Shown here: positions 19,565 to 29,473 of the stretch, piece by piece
Position numbering within the stretch: the first letter of the stretch is position 1
Layout: the number at the start of each line of letters is the position of its first letter
Assembly: GCA_032128875.1 (NCBI GenBank)
Contig: JAVLKG010000007.1
Span: forward strand, 1-64,000
Origin: Candidatus Melainabacteria bacterium 17Bon1m
GTDB lineage: Bacteria; Cyanobacteriota; Vampirovibrionia; Obscuribacterales; Obscuribacteraceae
Reading direction: 5' to 3'
Length of the DNA stretch: 64,000 nt
Notes under the pieces: model-generated
The model's input: only the letters and a program-made list of their open reading frames with translations
Told to the model about the DNA's origin: nothing
Database searches by the model: none
Translations under genes and position numbers: made by a program

Positions 19565-21535
19565 ATGAAAAACGAATCAAACTCCACCCACACCTGGGCG
19601 GAGATTCTGTCTAATGATCCGAGGCAGGCGCAGCTCGTCCGCAACCTGAACATCATGGTTCCGCGGGTGGAAGCAGCCGGCAAGCGCTTCGGCGCCAAGC
19701 CGTGCCGCGCCCTCTTCACCATCAAGTCCGATCAGCAGGTGCTGGATGACCTCGTCTATCCGCTGGGCGTGCCGGTTTCTCGGCCCGCCTGGTGGTACGG
19801 CAAGGCCGTTCAGCAGTCGCGCAGCAAGGGTCAGGGCGGTCACGTTTTCGAATTCGCGACCGTCTCCAACCCCGCGCACGTGGTGCTCGGCGAAACCAAC
19901 GACCTGATGATGCACATCCTCGTGATCATCCACGCGTGGATGGGTCACGTGCACATGTTCACGAACAACATCTGGCACGACGAGACCGAGCGCGAAACCG
20001 CGCTGCAGCGTTTCGCCCAGGCCGAGTCGTTCGTGCAGCGTCTGGTCAACGACGAGAAGACGTTCGGGTGGGAGTGGTACGAGTTCTTCTCGGATGCCGC
20101 TCACGCTCTGGAAAACCACTCCGGCGAGCTGCCCTCCAACAAGGAGCGCGAGTCGGATGTGGAAGCGCGTGCCGCTCTGCGTCAGCGTCTCGATGACCTG
20201 AAGCACCAGCACACCCTGGCGAAGACGGACCCGGATCGGGCAACCATCGAAGCGGACATCCGCGACATCGCCAAGACGCTGTCCTGCCACCCGCTCAGCC
20301 CGACAACCGACCTGCTCGGCTTCCTGGCGTCGGAAGACAATCCGCACGCCCTCCTTCCGGAAGTGAAGGAGATTCTCGATATCACGAGATACGAGAACCG
20401 CTACTCGACTCAGGTGATCGGCCGTACGAAGACCATCCACGAGGGTGTCTCGCACTGGTTCGACGCTGAGCTGCCCCTGCAGCCCGAGCTGGACCTCATC
20501 CGGCTGGGAGCCGATCGCATCTTCGACGCCGCCAAGTACGACACCATGCACGACGCGTGGCCGATCTACTGGTACTCCGACCCGTACGCTCTCGGTCAGG
20601 AGCTGATCTATTACGTGGACTCCAAGCACAGCCGCAAGACTGGCACGGAGATCATCAAGGTTCGGCGCCTCAAGCTCCTCACGGAGGAGGACGTGGCGAA
20701 GGGCGGCAAGTACATGGAAGCGGTGCCGGATCACGTCGATGCCGAAGGCAAGACCGTGGTTCGCTACGAAGAGCGCGACATCAACGAGGAAGGCCGCATC
20801 GCCGGCGACCTCGTCGAGCTCGACGAGTTCAAGGAAGTGGAAGTGGACGTCTGGGACCGCACTGAGTTCTGGAGCGTTCTGAACACGTTCGATGACAATC
20901 GGCTGTTCACCACCTACCTGACCGAAGAGTTCTTCGAGAAGCTGCACAAGAAGGCGCTCGGCTGGGTCAAGAAGTCGATCACTTCCATCAACCGTACCCT
21001 GCGCGAAGTGCGTTGGGACCCGAACCTCATCTTCGACGGCGACCGCTTCCCGCAGACGCTGCAGGAGATGTTCCAGGTCATCCAGATCTGGATGAACCAG
21101 CTCCAGATGTCGAGCTGGATCGGTCAGTGGTTCGGTTACGGCGCGGCGCCCTTCCCGGTGTCGCAAGTCGTCCTGTGGCAGATGCTGCAGATCGTCCAAA
21201 CCGTCGCCTCGTACGACGCCGACAAGAATGAGTTCAAGCGTCACATGCTGCTCCGCACGGGGCTTCTGGCGCTGCCGAACATCAAGCTGGTCGACACGGG
21301 TCGTGAGAACAAGACTCCGTACTGGACGCTCCGTCACGAATTCGACTCTGACTTCGGTCCGCTGAAGCAGAGCCACGCGCGGCAGACGCTGCGCTACTTC
21401 TGGCGGTTCTCTGGTCCGGTGCGCATGCTCACGATGGAAATCCTGACGGATGCTTACGGGCGTCCGGTGGGTCCGCCGCGTCCGTACGAGTACTACACGG
21501 AGAACGGCAAGACGGTGAAGGAGCGTTGGCTGTAA
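19565..21535 (+). CDS. spoVR: SpoVR/YcgB-family protein
   Basis: LVIIHAWMGHVHMFTNN, TKTIHEG, DPYALG and LPNIKLVD...LRH correspond to SpoVR motifs; context after prkA-yeaH. Confidence 0.82.
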   Translation: MKNESNSTHTWAEILSNDPRQAQLVRNLNIMVPRVEAAGKRFGAKPCRALFTIKSDQQVLDDLVYPLGVPVSRPAWWYGKAVQQSRSKGQGGHVFEFATVSNPAHVVLGETNDLMMHILVIIHAWMGHVHMFTNNIWHDETERETALQRFAQAESFVQRLVNDEKTFGWEWYEFFSDAAHALENHSGELPSNKERESDVEARAALRQRLDDLKHQHTLAKTDPDRATIEADIRDIAKTLSCHPLSPTTDLLGFLASEDNPHALLPEVKEILDITRYENRYSTQVIGRTKTIHEGVSHWFDAELPLQPELDLIRLGADRIFDAAKYDTMHDAWPIYWYSDPYALGQELIYYVDSKHSRKTGTEIIKVRRLKLLTEEDVAKGGKYMEAVPDHVDAEGKTVVRYEERDINEEGRIAGDLVELDEFKEVEVDVWDRTEFWSVLNTFDDNRLFTTYLTEEFFEKLHKKALGWVKKSITSINRTLREVRWDPNLIFDGDRFPQTLQEMFQVIQIWMNQLQMSSWIGQWFGYGAAPFPVSQVVLWQMLQIVQTVASYDADKNEFKRHMLLRTGLLALPNIKLVDTGRENKTPYWTLRHEFDSDFGPLKQSHARQTLRYFWRFSGPVRMLTMEILTDAYGRPVGPPRPYEYYTENGKTVKERWL

Positions 21536-21724
21536 CAAGCCGGCGCTTCTCACTTATTGCCTGAAACGTGTGTCTAAGTCCGAGCTCGAGCTTCCCTATA
21601 TGAGGATGCGGTGCAAGCTCCTTGTTAGTCCGCTCACGCGGCCTAGCTCGGAGTGCGCGCGCGCATTCCTCTATAGGGCGAGCCGGGCGATGTCACTCTA
21701 ATCAGTCTCTAAAGGAGTACTCAC

Positions 21725-22792
21725 ATGAACAAGCGAAATCCCGGAATTCCGGCTTTGCCCTCGGGTCTTGTGAAGGTCGACAAAGGTTCGATGCGCGACG
21801 TCATCGTCGGCATCATCAATGGCGATCGCATGCCCGCAGGTGGCTTCGATGTGCACGGCCTGCCGCCCAACCACTTCCGAGTGGTGGAACCCGGCTTCTG
21901 GGGCCTCATCATCGGTGCCAAGCACGCGCTCGATGTGCGTGTCATCCAGGACGGAAAGCTTCTCATCGAGAAGCGCATCAACCCCATCGCGCCGCCGACG
22001 AATCCTTTCATGGATAAGAAGGTTCGGCAGATGATGTCCGAATCGCCGCAGCCGCACTTCGTCACCGAAGACGCGCAAGGCAAGCGGTTCGAGTTCAAGG
22101 GTCACGACAAGTCGCTCTCCGCGGCCGAAGTGGTCCACGAACAGTTCCACCCGCTGCGCAACGCAGTGCCGCCCACCATCGACATGATCGACAACGGCGG
22201 ACCGAAGACCGACGAGCTGATCGCCGACATCACGCCCGACCAGGTCGTGGCCATGATGATGAAGCAGCAGGGCATCAACCCGGCTGACATCGAGAACGCG
22301 ATCGTCGAAGTTCCCGCCGCTCCGACCGCGGATGCGACGGAACTGCTCGCCACCACGGACGGTGACCAGCCTGCGCTTCCCTTCGCGGACGCTCCGGCTG
22401 ACGAAACCGTTGTCGACGCTCCCGCTGCGGCTTCCGAGCTGAAGTGCGAGGCTGTCGACGAGAACCCGTATCCCCCGGCTCTGGACCTGACCAGCCGCAA
22501 CCTCTACTGGGCGCCGTCCAACGGCCTCATCGCGGTCGGCATTCGCATGGTGCAGAACCTCGAGGAGAACGAGCCCCCGGCTCCGCCGGACGCCTTCACC
22601 TATGTGCTGTTCCAGATGAACCCCTGGGACGTGCACACGGTGGCCATGGCTCACGCCGCCAACCGCGTCATCATGCCGAGCCGCGAGGCGATGGCTGCGA
22701 TGATGGCGGACGAGGGCTTCGACGGCGACGTTCCGTTGCTGCCGAAGGTCAAGTGCGCGTGCGCCAACATCGGCTGCCGCGGCGGTCACTAA
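21725..22792 (+). CDS. Hypothetical protein with acidic Ala/Pro-rich linker
   Basis: AAGGAG RBS, operon codon style; no family recognised. Confidence 0.7.
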   Translation: MNKRNPGIPALPSGLVKVDKGSMRDVIVGIINGDRMPAGGFDVHGLPPNHFRVVEPGFWGLIIGAKHALDVRVIQDGKLLIEKRINPIAPPTNPFMDKKVRQMMSESPQPHFVTEDAQGKRFEFKGHDKSLSAAEVVHEQFHPLRNAVPPTIDMIDNGGPKTDELIADITPDQVVAMMMKQQGINPADIENAIVEVPAAPTADATELLATTDGDQPALPFADAPADETVVDAPAAASELKCEAVDENPYPPALDLTSRNLYWAPSNGLIAVGIRMVQNLEENEPPAPPDAFTYVLFQMNPWDVHTVAMAHAANRVIMPSREAMAAMMADEGFDGDVPLLPKVKCACANIGCRGGH

Positions 22793-22867
22793 CCGCGTCA
22801 CATCGAAAATCCGAACGAGGGGTGGTGAAGCTTGCTTCCCACCCTTCTAACTACGGAGGTATACAAC

Positions 22868-23416
22868 ATGGCAAAGCTCTGTAAAGAGTGCGAGCAGAAG
22901 AAGCCGGACACGTCAGTCCGCGGAACCTGCGGTGCACCGAATTACGTGAAGAGCGGCGGTCTTCCTCAGGGGCACTTCCCCTGGACGGAGAGCCCGAACT
23001 TCACGCTTTGTGATGCCTGCGCCGACCACTTCGGTCGCTGCGCATGGTGCGGCGGTTCGCTGACCGGCTGGAACTACAGTCTCCTGCCGACCACCAAGCG
23101 ATTCTGCCAGCAGGACGACAAGTCCAACGGCGGTCACGTCGAAGGGATGTACGTGGGCGAGCAGATTCTCGTTCGCCTCACGGTCGATCTCTATTCCGGC
23201 GTGTCCTGGCGCGTTCGCTCTCTGTCGCGTGGCGTCTCGCTGGCCAACAGCCGCGTCGTCACCGAAGGCGGTCAGTACGGCTACCTGGAGATGTACTTCG
23301 ACCTCGGCGTCGTCGACTCGAAAGCGTCGATCGTCCTCGAGCAGGAAGCGTCTCGCTCCTGGGTGTCGCTGAAGAACGCCGCAACCTGGGGCATCACGGT
23401 CGAAGTGAAGCACTAA
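22868..23416 (+). CDS. Cys-rich Zn-binding domain fused to a chagasin/I42-like Ig domain
   Basis: GGAGG RBS; three CxxC; C-half VGEQILVRL..SGVSW...SRSW...WGITVEV follows the I42 pattern as recalled. Confidence 0.55.
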   Translation: MAKLCKECEQKKPDTSVRGTCGAPNYVKSGGLPQGHFPWTESPNFTLCDACADHFGRCAWCGGSLTGWNYSLLPTTKRFCQQDDKSNGGHVEGMYVGEQILVRLTVDLYSGVSWRVRSLSRGVSLANSRVVTEGGQYGYLEMYFDLGVVDSKASIVLEQEASRSWVSLKNAATWGITVEVKH

Positions 23417-23447
23417 CGTGCTGAGCTTCTAGCTTCTAACGAAGCGG

Positions 23448-23518
23448 CAAGGGGGCAGAGCGGAGGCAGTGAGAAAGCAATTTCTCGCTGCCCGAGCCTC
23501 TGCCTCTTTGTTTTTTTT
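23448..23518 (+). terminator. Intrinsic terminator of the prkA operon
   Basis: GGCAGTGAGAAA-GCAA-TTTCTCGCTGCC within a longer stem, followed by T8. Confidence 0.8.
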
Positions 23519-24101
23519 ACCATTCTACTTCCTCATATAATAAGCACAAGTTTGGCTGAAACAGCGGGAAAAAGCGAACACAGTCAGGCGTATCGATTGG
23601 GAAAGCTGAAAGAACATCATCCGCAAGGACAGCCACCAGTAAAATACACATCAAATAGAATCCTGACTATAAGCCTATAAAGCAGAGTTCGCCGACTTCG
23701 GTCTATTGCTTTTGCTGACGAAATGAACCCCTTCAGCAGATCCTTTTATACACCTCAACCGAGGAAGATTTGCTTAGAGAGTGCTCTTGCGATGATAGTA
23801 ACCGCGGCAACTTTCTCTGCAGTTCCAGATGTACATTCGATAAATTGAAAAACGACTTTGCCATTGCGCCCCTCAGAGACTCGTTTTTCATAGACGAGTG
23901 AAAGAAGCGTTTGTTTAATCGAATTGAGTGGAATTACACTATACCCTATCGTAGTCTTGACGCCTAATAATAAGGATAAGGAAAGAGCGGGGGGCTCAGC
24001 ATGAAGGTTTTACCCCTCATGCCTTGCCCCCCGTCTGCCAGGTCTATGCGACTAGTACCCAAACCGCACCAGTCGCATTATCGATTAGTGCTTGAAGTGA
24101 C

Positions 24102-24329
24102 CTACTTCTTGCACTCGCCGTCTGCCTTGCATTCCGGCTTGGCGACGGGCGCGTCGCACACTCCGGAGCACTTGGCACACTTGCCGTCGGACATCAGGAC
24201 ATTGGCGAAACTGTCGCAAGACAGACACTGGCCGCCGCCCATGTGCTTCAGGAAAGCGGAGTGTCCAACAGCGCGAAGCGGGTCGCCGAGGGTGATCTCG
24301 GGCTCCCGCGTGTCGGTGGCGTTTGCCAT
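24102..24329 (-). CDS. Small Cys-rich protein
   Basis: AGGAG RBS; CLSC, CAKC and three more Cys; hairpin at 23988-24034 downstream. Confidence 0.6.
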   Translation of the reverse strand: MANATDTREPEITLGDPLRAVGHSAFLKHMGGGQCLSCDSFANVLMSDGKCAKCSGVCDAPVAKPECKADGECKK

Positions 24330-24385
24330 TTAAGTGTTCTCCTATTGATTCAGGTGAGCGTCGAAAGACCCTTACCAGGCTTCAA

Positions 24386-25282
24386 TTAAAGCTGCACGCA
24401 AAGGCTGGCGCCGTCGCGGTCGGTGTGGTAGGCCCACGCGAACACTTCCAGTCGCTGTTCGGACGGAAAGCGATTGACTCGCGAGTTCGGGGACTTCTTC
24501 GCCACGCGCACTTGGTTCTGCGCATAGCAAATCGCACCGCCGGCGACTTCCACTTCGGTGTTTTCGACGAACCAGCCCTGCGTGGTGTCGCAGAGGGTCG
24601 CCTTGCAATTGCCACGAGCGCGAAGACGAGAGCGACCGTACGCGCGCAGGATGGCTTTGCCGGCACCGAAGATGGTGGCGTTGTCGTGGCTGTCGAAAAC
24701 GGCGTTGCCGGTGACAGTCCACTGGGAATTGCCACGAACAGTACCGCGCGCGTTGTCGCGAGCGATACCGATGACGTGGTCGTAGCTGTTGACCTTGGCA
24801 CGGCCACCGGCGTCGACATGCACGTTGTCGTGGCAGCTGAGTTGAGCATCGTCGGTGGCGATGACGCGAACACTGCCGCGCGCGACGCCCTTGGTCTTGC
24901 CGACCAAGATGAGGATGCCTTCACCGGTCATGGTCACTTGCGTGCTGTTGAGAGCGACGACAATGCCGCTCTGCACGACGTGCCTGCCGGAAGTGAGAAC
25001 GCGAAGCTGAGCCAGATCCTGGGGTTCGAGATATTCGGCGAGAAGCTCGCGAATCTCGGTTTCCGGATTGGCGGACACTGCCTTCGAAGAGACGGTGCCC
25101 AGGGCATCTCGAAGGGACGCTTCGACGACCTGGCACGGATCCTCGATGAGAATCTTGATGTCGGACGCACGCGTGGGCTCGGTCACTGCGACGAGCGGAG
25201 CGGTGTCACCCGAACGATACGAGGGAATTTCGTTCCTGCTCATACGGAAGAGCAAGCTGATACGAGACGCACTCTGATGCAT
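24386..25282 (-). CDS. Beta-helix-like repeat protein (~8-residue repeats)
   Basis: GGAG RBS; repeats such as SCHDNVHV/DAGGRAKV/NSYDHVIG/IARDNARG/DSHDNATI. Confidence 0.65.
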   Translation of the reverse strand: MHQSASRISLLFRMSRNEIPSYRSGDTAPLVAVTEPTRASDIKILIEDPCQVVEASLRDALGTVSSKAVSANPETEIRELLAEYLEPQDLAQLRVLTSGRHVVQSGIVVALNSTQVTMTGEGILILVGKTKGVARGSVRVIATDDAQLSCHDNVHVDAGGRAKVNSYDHVIGIARDNARGTVRGNSQWTVTGNAVFDSHDNATIFGAGKAILRAYGRSRLRARGNCKATLCDTTQGWFVENTEVEVAGGAICYAQNQVRVAKKSPNSRVNRFPSEQRLEVFAWAYHTDRDGASLCVQL

Positions 25283-26631
25283 AGATTACGTTCTCCATTT
25301 ACTTCTCGAGCGTCATTGCTCGAAGAAAAGGTTAATTGCGTGAAGCCCCGTTTCTTCTCGTTGTTTCACCATTTTGTCCATAACTCATTGCGCAGGGAAC
25401 ATCCAGAAACCGAGGAGGTTTCAGAACAGGGGCGGGAGTCCGTGTGGATGTGGAATACGCGAGAGTTTTTGAGGTCCTTGAACAGAATGTGGAAATAAGA
25501 GATGCGCTGAAACCCTAGTTGCGGACGCAAGAAGTGATCAAGAGGGTGCATTACATAGGGTTACACAATCATGACAACATGCCAAAGGCATCACAGGTTC
25601 AAGAAAAACCCAAGAAGTCATGTGCCCCTTTATTCTTCAGACAGCGCGTAATCACTGCGCTAGCTCTCATAAAGATTTTGTGAAACCGATATTTTCCGAA
25701 GAGCCTCTAAGGATGAGGCATACATGTTGTCAAGAAAGCGCAACTCGCACCAACTTGTTCGATAACACCCCTTGGCATGATACCGTGCGCGCCACCACAG
25801 ATTAGAGACGGCTCACAAGAAGGTCTCTCAGATGCGAAAAACACGACTCTGCTGCGTTTCCCAAAACCGCGAAACAGGCAAAATCAAGCTACCCAGTGTT
25901 CTCGCGGGCAGTTCAAATCAAGAAAGCAAAATCTGACACCAAATACGGTGCAACACCGGAAATAGTTGAACCCGGAACAAGGGCAAGTTCTGCCACCACC
26001 ACTGGTGCTGTTCAATAATGTCGCGCGAACGATGCTGTTAATGACGACAGTTATCAAGAAGCCCATCTCGTGCAAACTTTCCGGCAAACACAAGCACGCG
26101 CGATCCATCCACTTGGAAACACATTTGCCGGTTATTGGCGAGCCGCGCTAATTATCTAGATCGAAAGGCTATTTCTTGGCAGCCTTGTAAGTTCATACAC
26201 TTGACATCAAGAAGTCCAAAGAACGCATCTACTAAGAAGCCCAAGTGTCGGCGGTTTTGGGGACAAAGATCTGAGATCAAGAGCCTAGTATAGCTTTAGT
26301 GTTTAAATCACTCGCGCAAGTTACAGATGTCTCTTTATGCCTTACTCATTTGTTTTGAATAGCCTCTTTCCATATGTTTTAAGGGTTCCGAATATTCACC
26401 TTTGCTTAAGGCAACCAACCCACCAAGCCACGCGCTCCTTTGTCCCGAATTAGCAGCTTGAGACTTCACTTCCTGTGGAGTTGGCCGGAACTTTCGCCCA
26501 TTGGGGCGACTTTCTTTCCCTGACGGATAACCGTAAAGCAGCCTAGACCGAAGCAGGAGCGCTTTCTGGTCGTGCTGAACCTTTTCCGTTCGAAATCTAC
26601 GCGAAACCCTCGAACAGTAAGGAGGACGCCT

Positions 26632-27627
26632 ATGTCTACTGTGTTTTTCGCACAGCCGATGTGGTTCGCGCTCGTCTTGCTCGTGATTCCCATTCTGTGG
26701 TTTGCCAATCGCCGTCGAAAGGCGATCGGTCACTCGCAGGTGGATATCCACAAGAACTTGCGCGGTATCCCCATCGTTGGATGGCTTCAGAGCGCGTCTC
26801 TGGCCCTCCTCGTGCTCGTTATGGCGGCTCTAGTGGCTGGTCCTCTTCTGCCTGAGCAGAAGTCGATCGAAGTCATTCAGACCCGCGATTTCGTTATCAC
26901 CACGGACATCTCCGGGTCGATGGACGAAACAATCAAGGATCCGGACCAGCAGAATTTCGCTACCGGACAGAACGCGCCCACCGACGGCACCCAGCCGCCG
27001 GCGCTCAAGAAGATTGATGTCGCGGCGCGCGCCATCAAGGTATTCGTTGGTCAACGTCAGGGCGACCGTGTCGCTCTGCTCGTGTTCGACACCGAAACGT
27101 TCTACTACTGGCCTCTCAGCCGCGACTTGCGTGTCGTGATGAGCAAAGCCGAGCGTGTCAACAAGTACACGCGCGGCGGCACGGACTTCGACAGCGACAA
27201 CGGCGCCGTTCTCGGCGCGGTCAAGCATTTCCGCGAGGCATCCACGGCCAAGACCAAGGTCATGATCATCGTCACTGACGGTGAAGCCTCTATCTCTGCT
27301 GAGCGCAAAGAGCTGCTCACGCGCACGCTTACCGAGATGGGCATCAAAGTGTATGTCCTCGGTGTGGGCGACTCGTGGGTGAACAACGCGCCCATGACGC
27401 AGGACCTTCGGCAGCTTGTCGAAAGTCTCGGCGGTGTAGTGGTGACTGCGGGCAACCAGGCGCAAATGGATGCCGCATTCGCTACCATCAACAACCTCGA
27501 AAAGTCGCAAGTCGAGCTCGAGAAGTCGGTTAGCTACAAGCCTTTCGCCATGCCGTTTCTAATCGCGGCACTGGTTTTGGCTCTAGCTTACCTCGGCTTG
27601 TCGGCGCTCGTTCGTGACGACGCCTAA
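26632..27627 (+). CDS. Membrane-anchored vWA protein (BatA/MxaC-like), module 1
   Basis: AGGAGG RBS; BatA-type N-terminus FAQPMWFALVLL; MIDAS DISGS, GGT, TDG; C-terminal TM. Confidence 0.85.
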   Translation: MSTVFFAQPMWFALVLLVIPILWFANRRRKAIGHSQVDIHKNLRGIPIVGWLQSASLALLVLVMAALVAGPLLPEQKSIEVIQTRDFVITTDISGSMDETIKDPDQQNFATGQNAPTDGTQPPALKKIDVAARAIKVFVGQRQGDRVALLVFDTETFYYWPLSRDLRVVMSKAERVNKYTRGGTDFDSDNGAVLGAVKHFREASTAKTKVMIIVTDGEASISAERKELLTRTLTEMGIKVYVLGVGDSWVNNAPMTQDLRQLVESLGGVVVTAGNQAQMDAAFATINNLEKSQVELEKSVSYKPFAMPFLIAALVLALAYLGLSALVRDDA

Positions 27628-27638
27628 GGAGTCTAGAT

Positions 27639-28226
27639 ATGCGCAAGAAAAATTCTCGCCGCACGTACTGGATGATCGCGGCGCTTGTCGCGGGCATCCT
27701 GTTTTCGGGCTTCGGGCTTCACCTGGCGACGTACCAGAGCGCGCAGACCGGGTACTACAACCTCGGCCTCGCCGCGTACCAGCAGGAGAATCTCCAGCTC
27801 GCGAACGCAGCTTTTGACCGCAGCATTCAGGCCTACAAAGCCGAATCGCGTGCGGGCTGGCTGCACCGCTTCATCTACCCTGAGCCCAGCCGCGAAATGG
27901 CTGCGCTCGCATACTTCCACAAGGCGAAGGTGCTTCTGCGCGCCCGCCAGGTGGAGCCTGCAGTGGAGGCCTTCAAAGAGTCTCTGCGTCTGAACGCCGG
28001 CAACGGCTATCAGGGCATCTCGCTCACCGAAGCTCAGCGCCTGGAAGCCCAGGCGGAGGTCGTGAAGTACGACCTGGAGCTGCTCTTCAAGAACCAGCCC
28101 CAGCAGGGCCAGGGTCAGGGCAAGGGCAAGGGCAAGCCGCAGCAGGGCGACGGCAAGGGCAACCAGCAGGTTCCGGGCGACCAGCCAGGCGCACAGCCTG
28201 GTAAGGGCAAGCCGGACGACATCTAA
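27639..28226 (+). CDS. TPR protein (BatC/MxaK-like), module 1
   Basis: N-terminal TM; AVEAFKESLRLN...VKYDLELL; G/Q/K/P-rich tail. Confidence 0.75.
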   Translation: MRKKNSRRTYWMIAALVAGILFSGFGLHLATYQSAQTGYYNLGLAAYQQENLQLANAAFDRSIQAYKAESRAGWLHRFIYPEPSREMAALAYFHKAKVLLRARQVEPAVEAFKESLRLNAGNGYQGISLTEAQRLEAQAEVVKYDLELLFKNQPQQGQGQGKGKGKPQQGDGKGNQQVPGDQPGAQPGKGKPDDI

Positions 28227-28245
28227 TCTAACAGGAGGCTGAACG

Positions 28246-29340
28246 ATGGAAGCAATTCATCTAGCTCGGCCCGACGTACTGATCTGGTTGCTCGCCGTAT
28301 TGCCAGCAACCATCGCGTTCTGGTTCTTCGGATTTCGCATGCGCAAAGCCGCACGCGACAAGTTCGGAGAGGAGCGCCTGGTTGACCGCATCACCCCGCC
28401 TCTGACTTTCAAGTCGGAGATTCTGGTGCTGGCCGGCTGGCTCAGTGTCGTCGGATTGCTAGTCTTCGCTGCCGCTGGTCCTGTGGCTCCCGCTGCGCCT
28501 TCAAAAGCGCAGTCGGGTACGCTGCAGGTCATCGCAGTTACGGACGTTTCTCAGAGCATGCGTGCGGAAGACTACCGCCCCGCCATGCCCGACAAAGACG
28601 GCCTCGCGCCGTCGCTCGTGCCGGGTCCTTACGGAACTCGACTCGACATGGTCAAAATCGTCATCCAGAAGGAAATCCTTCCGGTGGTTCAGGGCAACGA
28701 GTTCGAGATTGTGCTCTACATGGGCAACTCGGTCGCGTTCCCTGATTTCCCGACGGACGACTTCCAGACTCTGGACTGGATCTTCCGCAACTGGGTCCGC
28801 ATCGGCAACGCGCCGGGCGGCGGCTCAGACTTCGTGGAAGGTCTCAACGAGGCCGTCGCCTCCTTCAAGCGCAGCCCGAACCAGAATATGGAACGGGTGA
28901 TTGTGCTGTTCTCGGACGGTGGTTACACCGGCAAGCCCGAGGACCTGCAGAAGGCGATTGACGAGATCAAGAAGCTGGACATCCGGCTCATCATCGTCGG
29001 TGTCGGCACGCCCGAGAACGTTCCCATCCCCGAGTATTCCGCATCCGGTGAAATGACCGGATACAAGAAACTGAAGGAAGGTCAGTCGACCGCCCTTCAG
29101 GAGCAGAATCTCGTTGCTTTGCGTGATGCAGTGGGTGACAAGGCGGAATACGTCTTGCTCGGCCCCGACGCGAAGCTGAACATCAACTGGGCTCGGACAC
29201 TTGCCGGGTCCAAAGTTGAGCAGCGCGAAAACCCGCTGGACGGCTATGTCGTCATGGCGGCGCTTGCGATTCTGCTCATCCTATCTCTGCGTGGCGCTGC
29301 GACGGGACTCGTAAAGGGTCCCCGTAAGCCGCGCCAGTAG
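28246..29340 (+). CDS. Membrane-anchored vWA protein (BatB/MxaL-like), module 1
   Basis: DVSQSM, TRLD and LFSDG; N- and C-terminal TMs. Confidence 0.85.
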   Translation: MEAIHLARPDVLIWLLAVLPATIAFWFFGFRMRKAARDKFGEERLVDRITPPLTFKSEILVLAGWLSVVGLLVFAAAGPVAPAAPSKAQSGTLQVIAVTDVSQSMRAEDYRPAMPDKDGLAPSLVPGPYGTRLDMVKIVIQKEILPVVQGNEFEIVLYMGNSVAFPDFPTDDFQTLDWIFRNWVRIGNAPGGGSDFVEGLNEAVASFKRSPNQNMERVIVLFSDGGYTGKPEDLQKAIDEIKKLDIRLIIVGVGTPENVPIPEYSASGEMTGYKKLKEGQSTALQEQNLVALRDAVGDKAEYVLLGPDAKLNINWARTLAGSKVEQRENPLDGYVVMAALAILLILSLRGAATGLVKGPRKPRQ

Positions 29341-29473
29341 TTCTCTCGCAATTCACCCGGCAGTGGCACCGCGTGCGGTGTCACTGATAACAGGCAGAAT
29401 CCCGCGCGGGAACTGCCCTGGACCTTCCCTATACACGCCGTACTGCAATGTGCGGCAAAACGGAGAAACAACC

